This document shows positions 13,110 to 23,950 of a stretch of DNA of 64,000 nucleotides, in pieces (within the stretch, counting starts at the first letter, position 1; the number at the start of each line of letters is the position of its first letter). The DNA is from Felis catus (lineage: Eukaryota), in NCBI RefSeq assembly GCF_018350175.1, contig NC_058383.1, forward strand, positions 15,626,001 to 15,690,000. The letters are read 5' to 3'. A model generated the notes under the pieces. That model searched no databases. It was not told the DNA's origin and saw only the letters and a list, made by a program, of their open reading frames with translations. The position numbers were made by a program, and so were the translations under genes.

Positions 13110-14085
13110 TGGAAGTGTACTGTAGATGGCATAGTCAGAGAAGGTCTCACTGAATATGTGACAACTGAGGTGGAACATAAAATGGAAAAATGAGCCAGCC
13201 CATGAGAAGCACTGGGGAAAAGGCATTCCAAGGAGATGAAATGCCAATCACAAAAACCTGAGGTAGGAACTGAAAGAAGTCCAGAGCAGAAGACAGGAAA
13301 AAAGAAGTAGTGTGGAGTGATGAAGCTGGGGGTACACAGGAACCAGATCAAACATGGAAAGACCATTCTAAAAGCAAAGGGTTTTAAGTAGGCATGGTGC
13401 AGGTCTAATTAACCCTTTCAAGACTATCTTGGAAAATAGGTTGGAGGAGGTATAATCAGGGGTCAAATTAAGCCAAGAAGTCTTTGTAGTAATGCATGAT
13501 GAGAGATGATGGTGATTCAGACAAGTGAATTTGTCATGTTTTCAAGATAATCTTGAAGATGAATTCAAGACTTGGCAATGGATTGCAGTACAAGGTGAGG
13601 TAAGGAGTGGAGTTCAAGATGACTCTTACGTTGGGGTGCCGGGGTGGCTCAGTCAGTTAAGCCTCCAACTTTGGCTCAGGTCATGATCTTGTGGTTTGTG
13701 AGTTCAAGCCCTGCATTGGACTCTCTGCTGACAGCTCAGAGCCTGAAGCCTGCTTTAGATTCTGTGTCTCTCTCTCTCTCTCTGCCCCTCCCCCACTCAC
13801 ACTCTCTGTCTCAAAAATAAACATTAAACAAAACAAAAAAAAAGACGGTTCTCAGGTTTTTGTTGACTGAGTGGATGGTGGTACCATTTCCTGAGATAGA
13901 GAAGATAGAATGAAGAAGATGTTTGGGGTGGGAAGAGGAAGTAAAGAATTCCACTTGGCTATATTAAGCTTGAGATGGCTAACAGGTATTGAAGTAGCAA
14001 TATTTAGCAGGTTATTGGATATATAATTCGAGGCTGAGGAAAGAGGCCTGAGTGAGTATAAATTTGGGAGTCATCAGTGTATATA
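13110..14085 (+). mobile_element. L2-like remnant (similar remnants at ~34180-34850, 41120-41940, 54590-55640)
   Basis: GAGAGATGATGGTG, GAGTGGATGGTGGTACCATTT, TATAAATTTGGGAGTCATCAG motifs typical of L2. Confidence 0.6.
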
Positions 14086-14087
14086 GA

Positions 14088-14722
14088 TAGGTCAGTTACT
14101 GACTGCCTCTTAGCTCCATATTCATCCTTCATTGCTTCTGCAAAAATTGGGTTGGGACCTTTGAATATTTTTTCCTTTGCCAACTAATGTGATATTAAAC
14201 TTTGTTAGTGGAGGACATTGGTGAGATGTTGCCAAGAAGAAAGACATTTTCCTTTCCGGTTCTGGTGTGATTGCTCCCAGCCCCGCCTCTCCAGCACCCA
14301 GCTCCTGCAGTGCATGGCAGTCAACGGCACAAAAAGGCCAGCAGCTTTCCCCAGCACTCGCCTTGGGTGGTTTTTTAGTGGAGTGCTTCTGGCAGAACAC
14401 CTCTCTGAACAGATTTTGCCAGCACCCTAGAGGGTGGATTTCCAGCAGGTTCCACCAGCATAGCACCCCAGTGACTTCTCTACCATTCAGTGAGCCATGG
14501 CTATGCCCCCTCCAAAAAGGTCTGGATATCAGCTCTGGGAGGAGTGTTCTCTATGTCAGCTCTGGGGGTAGTGGCTGCTCCTACGTGTGCTATTCCTATA
14601 TTCTTTATAGTTCGCTACTGCCAATCCCTCGTTACTCCAATCCTATTATAATTAATAGTTATTTATATTAAAGATATAAGTTGTTCAGATAACTGCATGT
14701 TTTTTTTCTCTTGGCTAATACA
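14088..14722 (+). mobile_element. Solo LTR, LTR33-like (ERVL)
   Basis: TGCCTCTTAGCTCCATATTCATCCTTC...CCTTTGCCAACT...TTTGTTAGTGGAGG; ends CTAATACA; lies in L2-like context. Confidence 0.65.
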
Positions 14723-15762
14723 AATGACTCATTGCACTTCAGGCAAGATCATGCAAGGAGGAGACAGCCTAGACTGATGTGTCAAATATAAGGTGCCAAG
14801 AATTCTCTCTGTTATTTTCCATTTTCAATGGGTGGGATATAAAGGCACAAGGGATAGCAACAGGATGGAGCAGAAGCACCTGTGTTCAGTTTCCTCTCCT
14901 GTCACCCTAGTCAGCCATTGTAAGGGGAGACAGTCCCTTTTTGTGTCCACTTTGGCAGGCGCTGGGTTTTGGCTGGCTTCTGCTGCATGTGGGTACCTAC
15001 CTGCGGCTTGCAATGGCTTCTCAGTCAGCTGCAACCAGAGCCGGAATTGCTCTGCTGGCCTCTTTCTTGTGGTCTTGCAAATGGAGCACCTTCCGAAGTC
15101 AAGATGTTTGAAAAACATGGCCTGCCCTCTCTGTGTGGACAAAGCTTCCAGTTTCACCTTGACTACTCCAGGCTCCTGTAGACACACATCCCTTAAGGGG
15201 TTCTTTCACATGCCATCTCTAGACCTTGAATCTGTTGGTTATATTGCAACTCTCACACCTACAAAGGTTGTTGGCCTGCCAATACCAGCATCATGGAGAT
15301 ATAGAAACAAGAGACAGAGGCTACCCATGCTTGTGCCTCCTTCTGACCCCTACCAAGGCACTGAAGTGTGTCTTGGTGGTATAAGACCAGGATAGGAGAA
15401 AAGGGTTTTTAGCTATTGGAATTCTGGGTCCTTAGCGAGGATCAGGTGAAGCTCCTTCTTAAAATGACAGGATGATCAAGTGAGGAAGTTGAGGATCATG
15501 AATGAATGGTTACTGCCTATAAATCCCAGAAATCCTGGGGCAAAGTTGAGTATCTGGAGAGCCTTCCACCTAAAAAACTTTACTTTCTTGTACATTATCA
15601 TGAGGATACTTTGGTTCGGCTATCTGGAAATTCTGCCTCTGGATCTCAATCCACAAATCTAGGTTGCCCCAGGGGGTGCTGCTGCTATAAAGGAGTCAGG
15701 ATTGGCATCCCAGCAGGGAACAGCACTGACAGGGTTCAAAATCAGACAATAAACCCCATCTC

Positions 15763-15835
15763 AGTGGGATCCTCTAGGCTAAAGGTCCAGCCTATGTAAG
15801 TGGAATCCTCTAGACTAAGTGGTCCAGCCTATGTA
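15763..15835. repeat. Two-copy 36/37-bp tandem duplication
   Basis: AGTGGGATCCTCTAGGCTAAAGGTCCAGCCTATGTA / AGTGGAATCCTCTAGACTAAGTGGTCCAGCCTATGTA. Confidence 0.9.
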
Positions 15836-16649
15836 GTCATTCCTGCAGGTGACTACAGAGTGGATTCCTCAATGTCCTCAATCCTCAGAGAGGATTCCTC
15901 TGCCTCTCTGAACCAACGGAAATTTCCAAGTTAGAGCTGCATTTGGAAGTATAAAATTAAGCATCTGGGTGGAACATTGTCTGAATATGTCTGGGGGCAG
16001 ATACACTCTGCCTTGACTTTTGGGAGCACCAAGTGAATAATGCCTCCTTATTTCGGCCAATAGGGATGTGGTCAGCTCACCAGGGAAGTCCGTATCTTTG
16101 TTAGGAAGTTCTTGGTGAACATAGTTTCCAGGAAGAGTATTTTGCTTATCCCTTCCAAGGGTAGAGGAGGGTGAAACTAACTTATCTGTTCAGTGGGGTC
16201 CTGCAAGTACACTCTGCTGCCCCTGTGGAAATAGATACAGAGCTTTAAGACAAGGGCTGAAAAAAGGCTCTTTCAATCCTACCAAGCCAGGTGAAAAAGC
16301 TGAACTGGAAACTCAGGGACCTCAGTGCAAAGAGCACCTAACTGACTGAGAAGAAGTTGGGGGGCAGTGCTGGACAAAGCATCACTGCCAGGGCTGGCTA
16401 CCAAATGCTGGATGAGGCAGGGCCAGAAGTAGGCAACCAGCTTTAAAATGCCAAAGACAGGACAGTCGTGAGCTGGGGGAGGGGTGGTGATGGTGGAGGG
16501 GGTGGAGAGATGGAGATGACATTGTAAGAGTAGGGACAGTAGGCACCCATGACGCGTACACACAAAGATGGGTCCCTGGGGCAGAGTAAGCGGAGGCAGA
16601 GCTGAAGATAAGGATGTAGTGTTGAAAAACACACTAAAAAAGGCATTTA

Positions 16650-16711
16650 TAGGGATTTAAACCTACTCATGATAACATTCTAGGGACTTAAACCTACTCA
16701 GGATACCATCC
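16650..16711. repeat. Two-copy 31-bp tandem duplication
   Basis: TAGGGATTTAAACCTACTCATGATAACATTC / TAGGGACTTAAACCTACTCAGGATACCATCC. Confidence 0.9.
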
Positions 16712-19179
16712 AATCCCTTTACAAAAATGACAAAAGTATAAAGATTTCAACTAAATTCTTAACTTATAAATTTCTTTTAACGGAGGTCAAGCTCCAAGTT
16801 TTGTGGTGCTTTTGGGGTTCTATTTCTTAATTTTATTAATAAAGGAGATAAGTATGTATACATCTATTCCAAAGATCTACTGGAGCTAGGCCATCTGCCA
16901 AGGTCACATAATATAGGGAAAAAAAACCAAAACAAAAACAGGGTCTATAATACATTAAGAGAATCTTCTAAAAGTCATGGTTTGTGGAAGGGTGATTCAG
17001 TTTGCTACTGAGATCACAGAAGGGTGAGAAAGGTGCATCACAATCTGATTATAGGCCCCTTTTATGAAGTATTTCTGGATGGTTCAAGATGGTTCAACTC
17101 AGCCTTCCTACAGTTGTGTTGGATTTTTTTCCTGGTGCACAATAGTTCTGTTTCCACTTGGTTCCAGGCGGTTGGAGGTGGTAGAATCCCAGGATCTTCA
17201 GATTATGTCAATGCTCAGGAAGAACAAGTGTGTGACGGAAGAAGTCCTTAGCAATCAGGAATGGGGCTGCCTCGTTTCTAAGGCTCAACTGACTGTTACT
17301 GTGTGTGTATGCTGGGAAGGGAGCTTTGTGGAGGGGGAGGTAAAAGCTTGGACATCAGATCCACGACTTTTGTAATAACACTATCAGTTTTTCCTTATAT
17401 TTAGACTTTAGAAGAAAATATTCATCTAAGGGAGAAATGAGATGCCTAATGTTCACAGCTAGTAAGATCATTGTAGAAATGACTGGAGAAGGGAAAAAAG
17501 GCACATAATTACTCTTGCTCAGAACAAGATGCTCATTGGCATCCTGTTCATATAGGCATTTTATTTTAAAGTTATGTTAGAAATAAAGTTTAAAATTATG
17601 TTTAAAAAATAGAGAACGGTATAAAGTACATGAAAGGAAAAACAAAATGGTAAGGAGTCAAAGGACAGGAAGTTAAAGGTAAGTGAACACAAGCTTGAAC
17701 AACATGCTAGAAGTTAAGCAAATCAAAATGAAAGGTAACCAAAGCTAGCTAAGAGATCATCTTCAAAATGATGACAAAGGAACAAATAGGCAGCATTGAG
17801 ACCCAGATCTAAGGGTCGGAAGTCCCCAGCCAGGCACACAGCATCCCCCGAGCCACACTAAAGAGCCTCACATTCAATTATTCTCTTGATGCCAGGGGTC
17901 CCTGAAGGAGGGCCGCGGCCTCAGGCACACTCCCCACATGATCAGGCTGCATCTGTGTGGTTAGGCCAGGAGGCTGCAAGAGTCTGATTAACTCAAGCTG
18001 TCCCGGATCATCCTGCCATACCCAGGATCCAGCCAGAGAGCCACTACTGACCTCCACTCATTGCCCATGAGCAGGGTCCTTCTCCATCTAGCAAACATGT
18101 GCCCCTTACTAAGAAGGGCGGCACACTGGGGACCCCAGCTAGCTCCTTAATACTCAGGGACTACTTAAGACCTACGCATCCAAGGAAGTTTTCTAATATG
18201 ACTTCTAGAGTATCTGCTTTTAAACTCTGCACAGACTGAAGCAGGGTGAAGCCCTGAGTCTCAGAGGTGGGACACTGAGCTCTGTTGTCAGTGTCCCACT
18301 GACAAGAAGGGAGGGCTCTGTTGAACACCTGTGAGGATTTCCGAAAAGGGCCCTGGGTTTGAATCCTGACTTGGCCATTTACTAGCTATCTGCCCTTGAA
18401 GCAATTATGTCTCCATGAGCTTCAGTTTCCAACTTATTAAGTATTATTAGTGTATCATTACTATGTGATTGTGTGCACAGTAATTAGGTCAGGGAATACA
18501 TTTGGCACAGGTAATGCAGCAGTGCTTTTGTTTAAAAGTCAGAATAATCAGAGATTTAAGGAAGCAGTTGGAGGGTGGCATAGCTACCCAGCATGTCAGA
18601 ACTCACCTTTCCATGAAAGTGATTCCATTAAGTGACTCCATGGGGCATCCTGATGAGGACACTCATTAGCCAGGAAGGTGTCAAACTCTGCTTTCAGAGG
18701 AAGGGCAACTTATACCCATTTTCCTCAAGTAAAGGTCTTAACCACTAAGGCTTACATAAGCTTAGAGCCATTTATCTCGCCCTTGAAAGAAGTGGTGACA
18801 TGATAGGAGGGATTTCTTTCAGAACCACCTGACATGGCTGTTAGCTACAGAGTGACCGTGCAACTGTGGTATCTTCTTCCCCTGAAGACCTCTCAACACA
18901 AGAGGGCAAAGCCTAGGCTGGGTGGGCACACTCCTACCTGGAACAGAGACAAGGCTACAGTTACTGCAGAAGGGCCTTCATGGTGCCCATCTCCCTCTAA
19001 CTTCAAGTCAGGGCAGAAGTTCAGGGGCTGGTCTCAGGAAAGAGCCTCTTTTATTTAGCTGAGTATTTAAAAATATAACACATTTTAAGCAGAAATCGAG
19101 ACATAGTCTGTGATTTGCTCGCACAGTGGGGGGCAGAGGAGGGATGAGAGTAAGTCTCTAAAAAAGAAAGGCACAGCAC

Positions 19180-22100
19180 CCAGGTTCTAATTCTTTACTT
19201 TAATGCCACGTGAGGGTACTGAGGCTCCATGCACCAAAGCGCTCACAGACAGGGAGTGAACGAACATAGGAAATGTTATACCATGTACACGAACCCAACA
19301 CCGTACAGAAGGAAGACAATGGACCCAGGTGACCTCCCATACTCCAGAGGCAACCTGTTCCTATACCCAGTCTTTGTTCCCTCCTCCTCAACCCCTGCCC
19401 ACCCACCCTTCTCCCAATTAACATATGTATACATGTATGATTCTTCCAGAATTCCAGAAAGTGCCTCTCCCACCCCAGTCTCTCACACTCTGGCTTCTGA
19501 TGAATAGAGCCTCCCTCTTTTAAGGATCACAAGGCAGCCACTACCTTCATGAAAGAGTCGCAGCAAAATGGTGCCCAAGAAAGCTTAATCACTTAGAATC
19601 AAATATGGACAGAAGGTATGCAGAAGGATATCTGAAATTCTAACTGGGATCAGTGTGAGTAGTTTTTGTTTTTTTGTTGTTGTTGTCATTTGTCTTAACC
19701 TCTTCAAAATCCAGCTGAGGCCAAGAATGCACACTGAGGCTCACCCCACTTTGTGGTTTGCAAATGTCATTCTTCCTAGTCTTCCAACAAGCAACCCAGA
19801 ACAGGAAGATAAGGTCACCTGACCAGCCTGAGGCACAAGGTTCAGACAGCTCCCAGAATATCCTCAGCCCCAGGAAGAAAGAATAGAAACTTTCAGAGCA
19901 CAGTTGACTCCTTGCCACGTGATAAGCACTGGACAGCCTTGTGAATTAACCGAAGGTAGAATAAGGGTGGTGACGAGTCCTGTATTTCTTCTATTTAGAG
20001 TGCTACCCAAAGAATTCCCCCTTCTGGGATGGTGTGATGTGTTTCATTGTGGTTTTGCTTCAATCTTTTTTGTGCCATTAGTTAACTTTTTCATTTTTAT
20101 TGAATTTTGTTATGGCTGCTATTGCACCACACGATCCTGTATCCTAAAACTTTCACCTTCCCAACCAGTGAGCATGACACCTGGGAGAAAAGGTGCCCGC
20201 AAACACAATGGAAGCTCCAAAGGCAGGCACTTTGGTTTGACCCATCAACACGATGCACAAGAATGCTATGAAAATATACTCCCTTTTGACTGGGAAGCAG
20301 TGTTCATCCTTTGGGGCCCTCCTTCCTAACCCAACCGTTCTTATGCTCTAGAGTTGACCAGTTAGAGTTGAGAAAGGATACAACTGGGAGAAGTCTCTTC
20401 CTCAGATATGACCTTTATTTGGAGGCCATTACCACCACCACCACATCCAAAAGCACTTTTCAGCCTGGCCTTGGCTTCTCATCAGAGAATGGCCAAATTG
20501 GGCCACTGAATTCTTTTACTTCGTTTGGAAAGAGCTCTAAGCTGGCTGCCAGTATCCCTGTGCTGCCTGGTCTACTGGCCCAGCGCCTTGTCTCCCCCAC
20601 AATGGCACAGAACACACCACTGTGAGAACAACACAGGGGCAGAGCGGATACAAAGGGGTGTCTCTAGCAAGAGGCACAAGGACAGTGTCCTTGTGCAGCA
20701 TCTCTGCAGCTCCAAGCTTGTCTTCAGGGATTGTTTTTGAGCAAACCAATCACTCCATCCTACGTGCATGGACTCTAAATAACCAAGTACTGTGATACTC
20801 TGTGACAAGGGTGGGAGAGAGACAGGGCCAAGGCCAGATTCCTGAAAGCACTAGGATTAATTGTCTGCTTTCTACTCATACTGCCTTTCTCCTGAATAGC
20901 TTGCCTCAGTGTCTGTCTAAAAATGAATCTGTATTAGGCAGTAACACCAACTGGAGCAACTTAAATGAAAGACTTCTGTTAGAACAAGACAAGAGGCATG
21001 CTGTTGGACTAAGTTTCAAGCAGGGAAATCAACTCCAGAAAAGTGATGATTCATCTGTGGATGAGAACAATAGAAGGGATGCATACCTTGGAACCTGAAC
21101 AACTGACTGTATACTTTCCTCTTAGATCTCATTCTATACCTCTGTTCCACCATATAAGAACACAACATAAGAGTGCAAAACCATGCCCTGGAATCCCTGT
21201 TGCCACAGAGGGCCAGGAGGTCATTGCCCTATGAAGGAGTTCTGCCAAGGTCCTAAGGCTTGGCCTTCTCTTCCTTAGAAGGATACAGACATCTTTAGCT
21301 ACCCCTTCCCTACATCACCAACCATTGGTCTCACAGGACTGAGACCAATGAGGCTGTCCTCACTAGTTTTTTATATACAAAAAAATCTCTCTACAAAACA
21401 CCCAGGAACAATCAAGCACAATCACGATCACATGGAGAAGTCTCTAATGCAGCACAGAAATGTTACGTTCCGCTTACTGGTGCTGCACGGCTCTTCCTTT
21501 AGGGGATGTGTGTCCACATCCGACTGACCACCCTAGTCTGCACATGGAGCAAGAAGGAAATGCAGTGGGAACAGAGCCTTGTGAATCTTTTTCTGTCTCT
21601 GAAATGGGGACAGTAAAACACGATGGAAGTGCTGCTATCTTCCTACAGCTCCCGGGATAGCTGTGCCTCCCACCCAACCCTTTCTTTGCCTCCTCAGAAC
21701 AGACACTCTCCTAGGAGAACATTAGCAGGATAAAGCAATAGGGTTAAAAACACAGGGGGTTTCTATCTAAGGAGGTTCACCACAAATTGGATGCTAACAC
21801 ATGAAATGGCAGCCAAAGAGATATTCTGAGCCTCTAGAAAGGATGTTACATCTCAAAGATAACAGAAGATCTATGCAACTTATCTGCTCGATTCAGGGAA
21901 ATCTTCAAAAGGAACCTCTGAAATCTGCATTACAGCCCTGAGAAGATAACCCTTCAAACAAGGAAGGTTGGTGGAAGGTAGGAGAAGCCAAGGCCCTAAG
22001 GCAGGGCTGTAAACATTGTGCTTTTCTAAGGCCAACCTGGTACATGGCTTTGGCAACTACGGTTACATCTCCAAAAAGTGGTGAAGAATATGTTCCAGGA

Positions 22101-22662
22101 GGAAGAGTCTTTCCACATCCTAAAACAAAGCATGGAACTATCCCTGGGGGAAGAGGGAGAGAAGATGCTTCTTCTTCAGCCAGGGGCTGTGGGGCGGCTA
22201 CCTGGGTAAACCCCCCATCATATTCTGTGTTCATACCTATACACTAGGCACAAGGAAGGGATACGTGAACAGGGTTGAGGAAGTGATTATGCCTACAACA
22301 GTTTGGTAACGTGGCTCTAAAAAGGGCAGAAACTCTCTTGCAAGAACAAGAGTGACAAAACCTCTCTGGACTTTCTGGTCAAGCCCTAGCTACCCAGACC
22401 CCTAAGCCTCAGGCAGAGACTGCTGTGCCTTGAGGAGAGGTCAGGTGAATCCAGGCACCAGGTCCCTGTGGGCCACAAGCCCTGAGCCTGACCCCGAGGT
22501 ACAGCTGGGAGACCTCCGTCCCCTTGGAGCTGTGCCTCAGGACTTGGTCCTCACCTCAGCAGGTCTGGGGCAGTCAGTATCCCTTCCAGGGATCTTACTC
22601 CCAGCGCCACTAAGGGGAATGGACACCCTCCCTGATAGGACTCTGTTCCCTACCCGGGCTAC
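19180..22662 (-). other. KCTD7: KCTD7 3'UTR (probable extent)
   Basis: ~3.5 kb of largely repeat-free sequence after the stop; ATTAAA at 19204-19199 followed by GU/U-rich sequence; alternative AATAAA at 19055-19050 and 17565-17560. The end point is inferred. Confidence 0.55.
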
Positions 22663-23039
22663 TCACCACCATGTGATCTTGAACTCATAGATGGGGCGCT
22701 TGCAGTAGTAGTGGTTGATGAGGTGCTTGTCACACACCCCGATGCACTGATGGTCCACAGTGAGGCCCTGGGCTGAGAGGTCCGTGACCAGGCAGTGCAG
22801 TAGGTCATAAACATCAGCCACAGCCTCCCAGGGCCCAAAAGACACATCCACTTCGCAGTGGTGCTCAAAGAGCTGCCCATCACTCTCACTCCGCTCGAAG
22901 CGCAGGGAGTTGAGAAGCGGACACTCATAGGGGGTGATGGGCATCTCCTCCTTGAAGACACAGACCTTGAGCTTGGCAAAACGGGCCTTCCGCTGTACTG
23001 CACGCAGCCGGGCAATCTCCACAATCCGCTCCAAGTGGT
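22663..23039 (-). CDS. KCTD7: KCTD7 coding exon 4 (377 nt incl. TGA)
   Basis: CCCTAG| acceptor; DHLERIVEIARLRAVQRKARFAKLKVCVF...YYCKRPIYEFKITWW*. Exons sum to 144+170+179+377=870 nt = 289 aa + stop, all phases consistent. Confidence 0.97.
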
Positions 23040-23497
23040 CTAGGGGGGTGAACACAGCACCCATCACTGGGACAGGGGTCAGGAGGTCGGGGGGCAGTGG
23101 GCAAGGCAGCATCAGGGCACAAAGAGAGAGCCCCGGTGAAGGCATGATCCAACAGGGAAGAGGCAGATCCTGGGGAAGGGACTCTGGGCCTGTGAAAGGC
23201 ACAAACTTAAACAGGGATCATGGGTCTCCAAGGCAAAAGAAACCAAAAGGATAGAATGAGGATCATCCTTTTGAAATGTGATCTGATGATGTCACAGCAA
23301 AAGTGGGCCCTATTGAACCTGAATCTTCCCAGTTTGACTGGGAGGGGAGAGCAGAAGGGGAAGCAGAAGTCTCTCTGATCCTGAGTAATACAGATACATC
23401 TTAGACCCACCTCTCCTGGTGACGACCTATGCACACACAGATGCCTCGCAACCCTCCTTTCCCACACCTCAACCACCCTGGGCAGTTGACACCTCAC

Positions 23498-23676
23498 CTT
23501 TGTAATAAGGCATGAGTCCCAGAAATGCCTGGCGCACTTTCTCCCCCTTCAGAGGCTGCATGTTCTCTAGCTGCTCCAGGAGGGGCCCGATGGCATAGTA
23601 CTGAGCCTCTTTGTACACAGCCCGTACACGCTCCCGGGGTGGCAGGTCCCCTGAGCGCAGGAAATTCAGCACATCT
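23498..23676 (-). CDS. KCTD7: KCTD7 coding exon 3 (179 nt)
   Basis: CTCAG|A completes Gly; DVLNFLRSGDLPPRERVRAVYKEAQYYAIGPLLEQLENMQPLKGEKVRQAFLGLMPYYK; AAAG|GTGAGG donor, phase 1. Confidence 0.97.
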
Positions 23677-23734
23677 CTGAGCAGGAAGGAAAGAGGGTTG
23701 GTGAGAAGGAGCTAATGGATCCGGGCAGTGTCAC

Positions 23735-23950
23735 ACAGTGGTTAGAGCACAGAGTCTGGAACCAGACTACTAGCTGTGTGACCTTGGAGAGGTGAACTTA
23801 ACCTCTCTGTGCCTTGATTTTCCCATCTGTAAAATGAGGGAAAATTTAAAAACTACCTTGTAACGGTATGAAGGGATTAAATGATTAAAAAGTGCTTAGA
23901 AAATACCTGGCACAAGGTAAGTCCTCAATAAGCATTAATAGCTGTTATTA
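23735..23950 (+). mobile_element. MIR remnant (others at ~3070-3190, 18330-18530, 39365-39580, 46000-46190, 54190-54330)
   Basis: MIR core ACTAGCTGTGTGACCTTGG..ACTTAACCTCTCTGTGCCT...CATCTGTAAAATG. Confidence 0.7.

Larger units (their letters stand above)
5603..13842. mobile_element. Further Can-SINEs: ~5603-5810(+), 6010-6192(-), 9410-9605(-), 10677-10883(-), 10987-11188(+), 12511-12695(+), 12938-13109(-), 13633-13842(+)
   Basis: Each has a diverged GGGTGGCTCAG head, TCAGGTCATGATCTC core and CT/A tail. The span is a summary, not one element. Confidence 0.85.

Noticed and set aside
15763..16711. 31-37-bp direct repeats as a possible CRISPR-like array
   Set aside because: Only two abutting copies each, no spacers, and the DNA is mammalian; simple tandem duplications.
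23040..23202. N-terminal extension of the 179-aa ORF 22663-23202
   Set aside because: Intron 3 sequence that happens to be open; the real exon starts at the acceptor at 23039.
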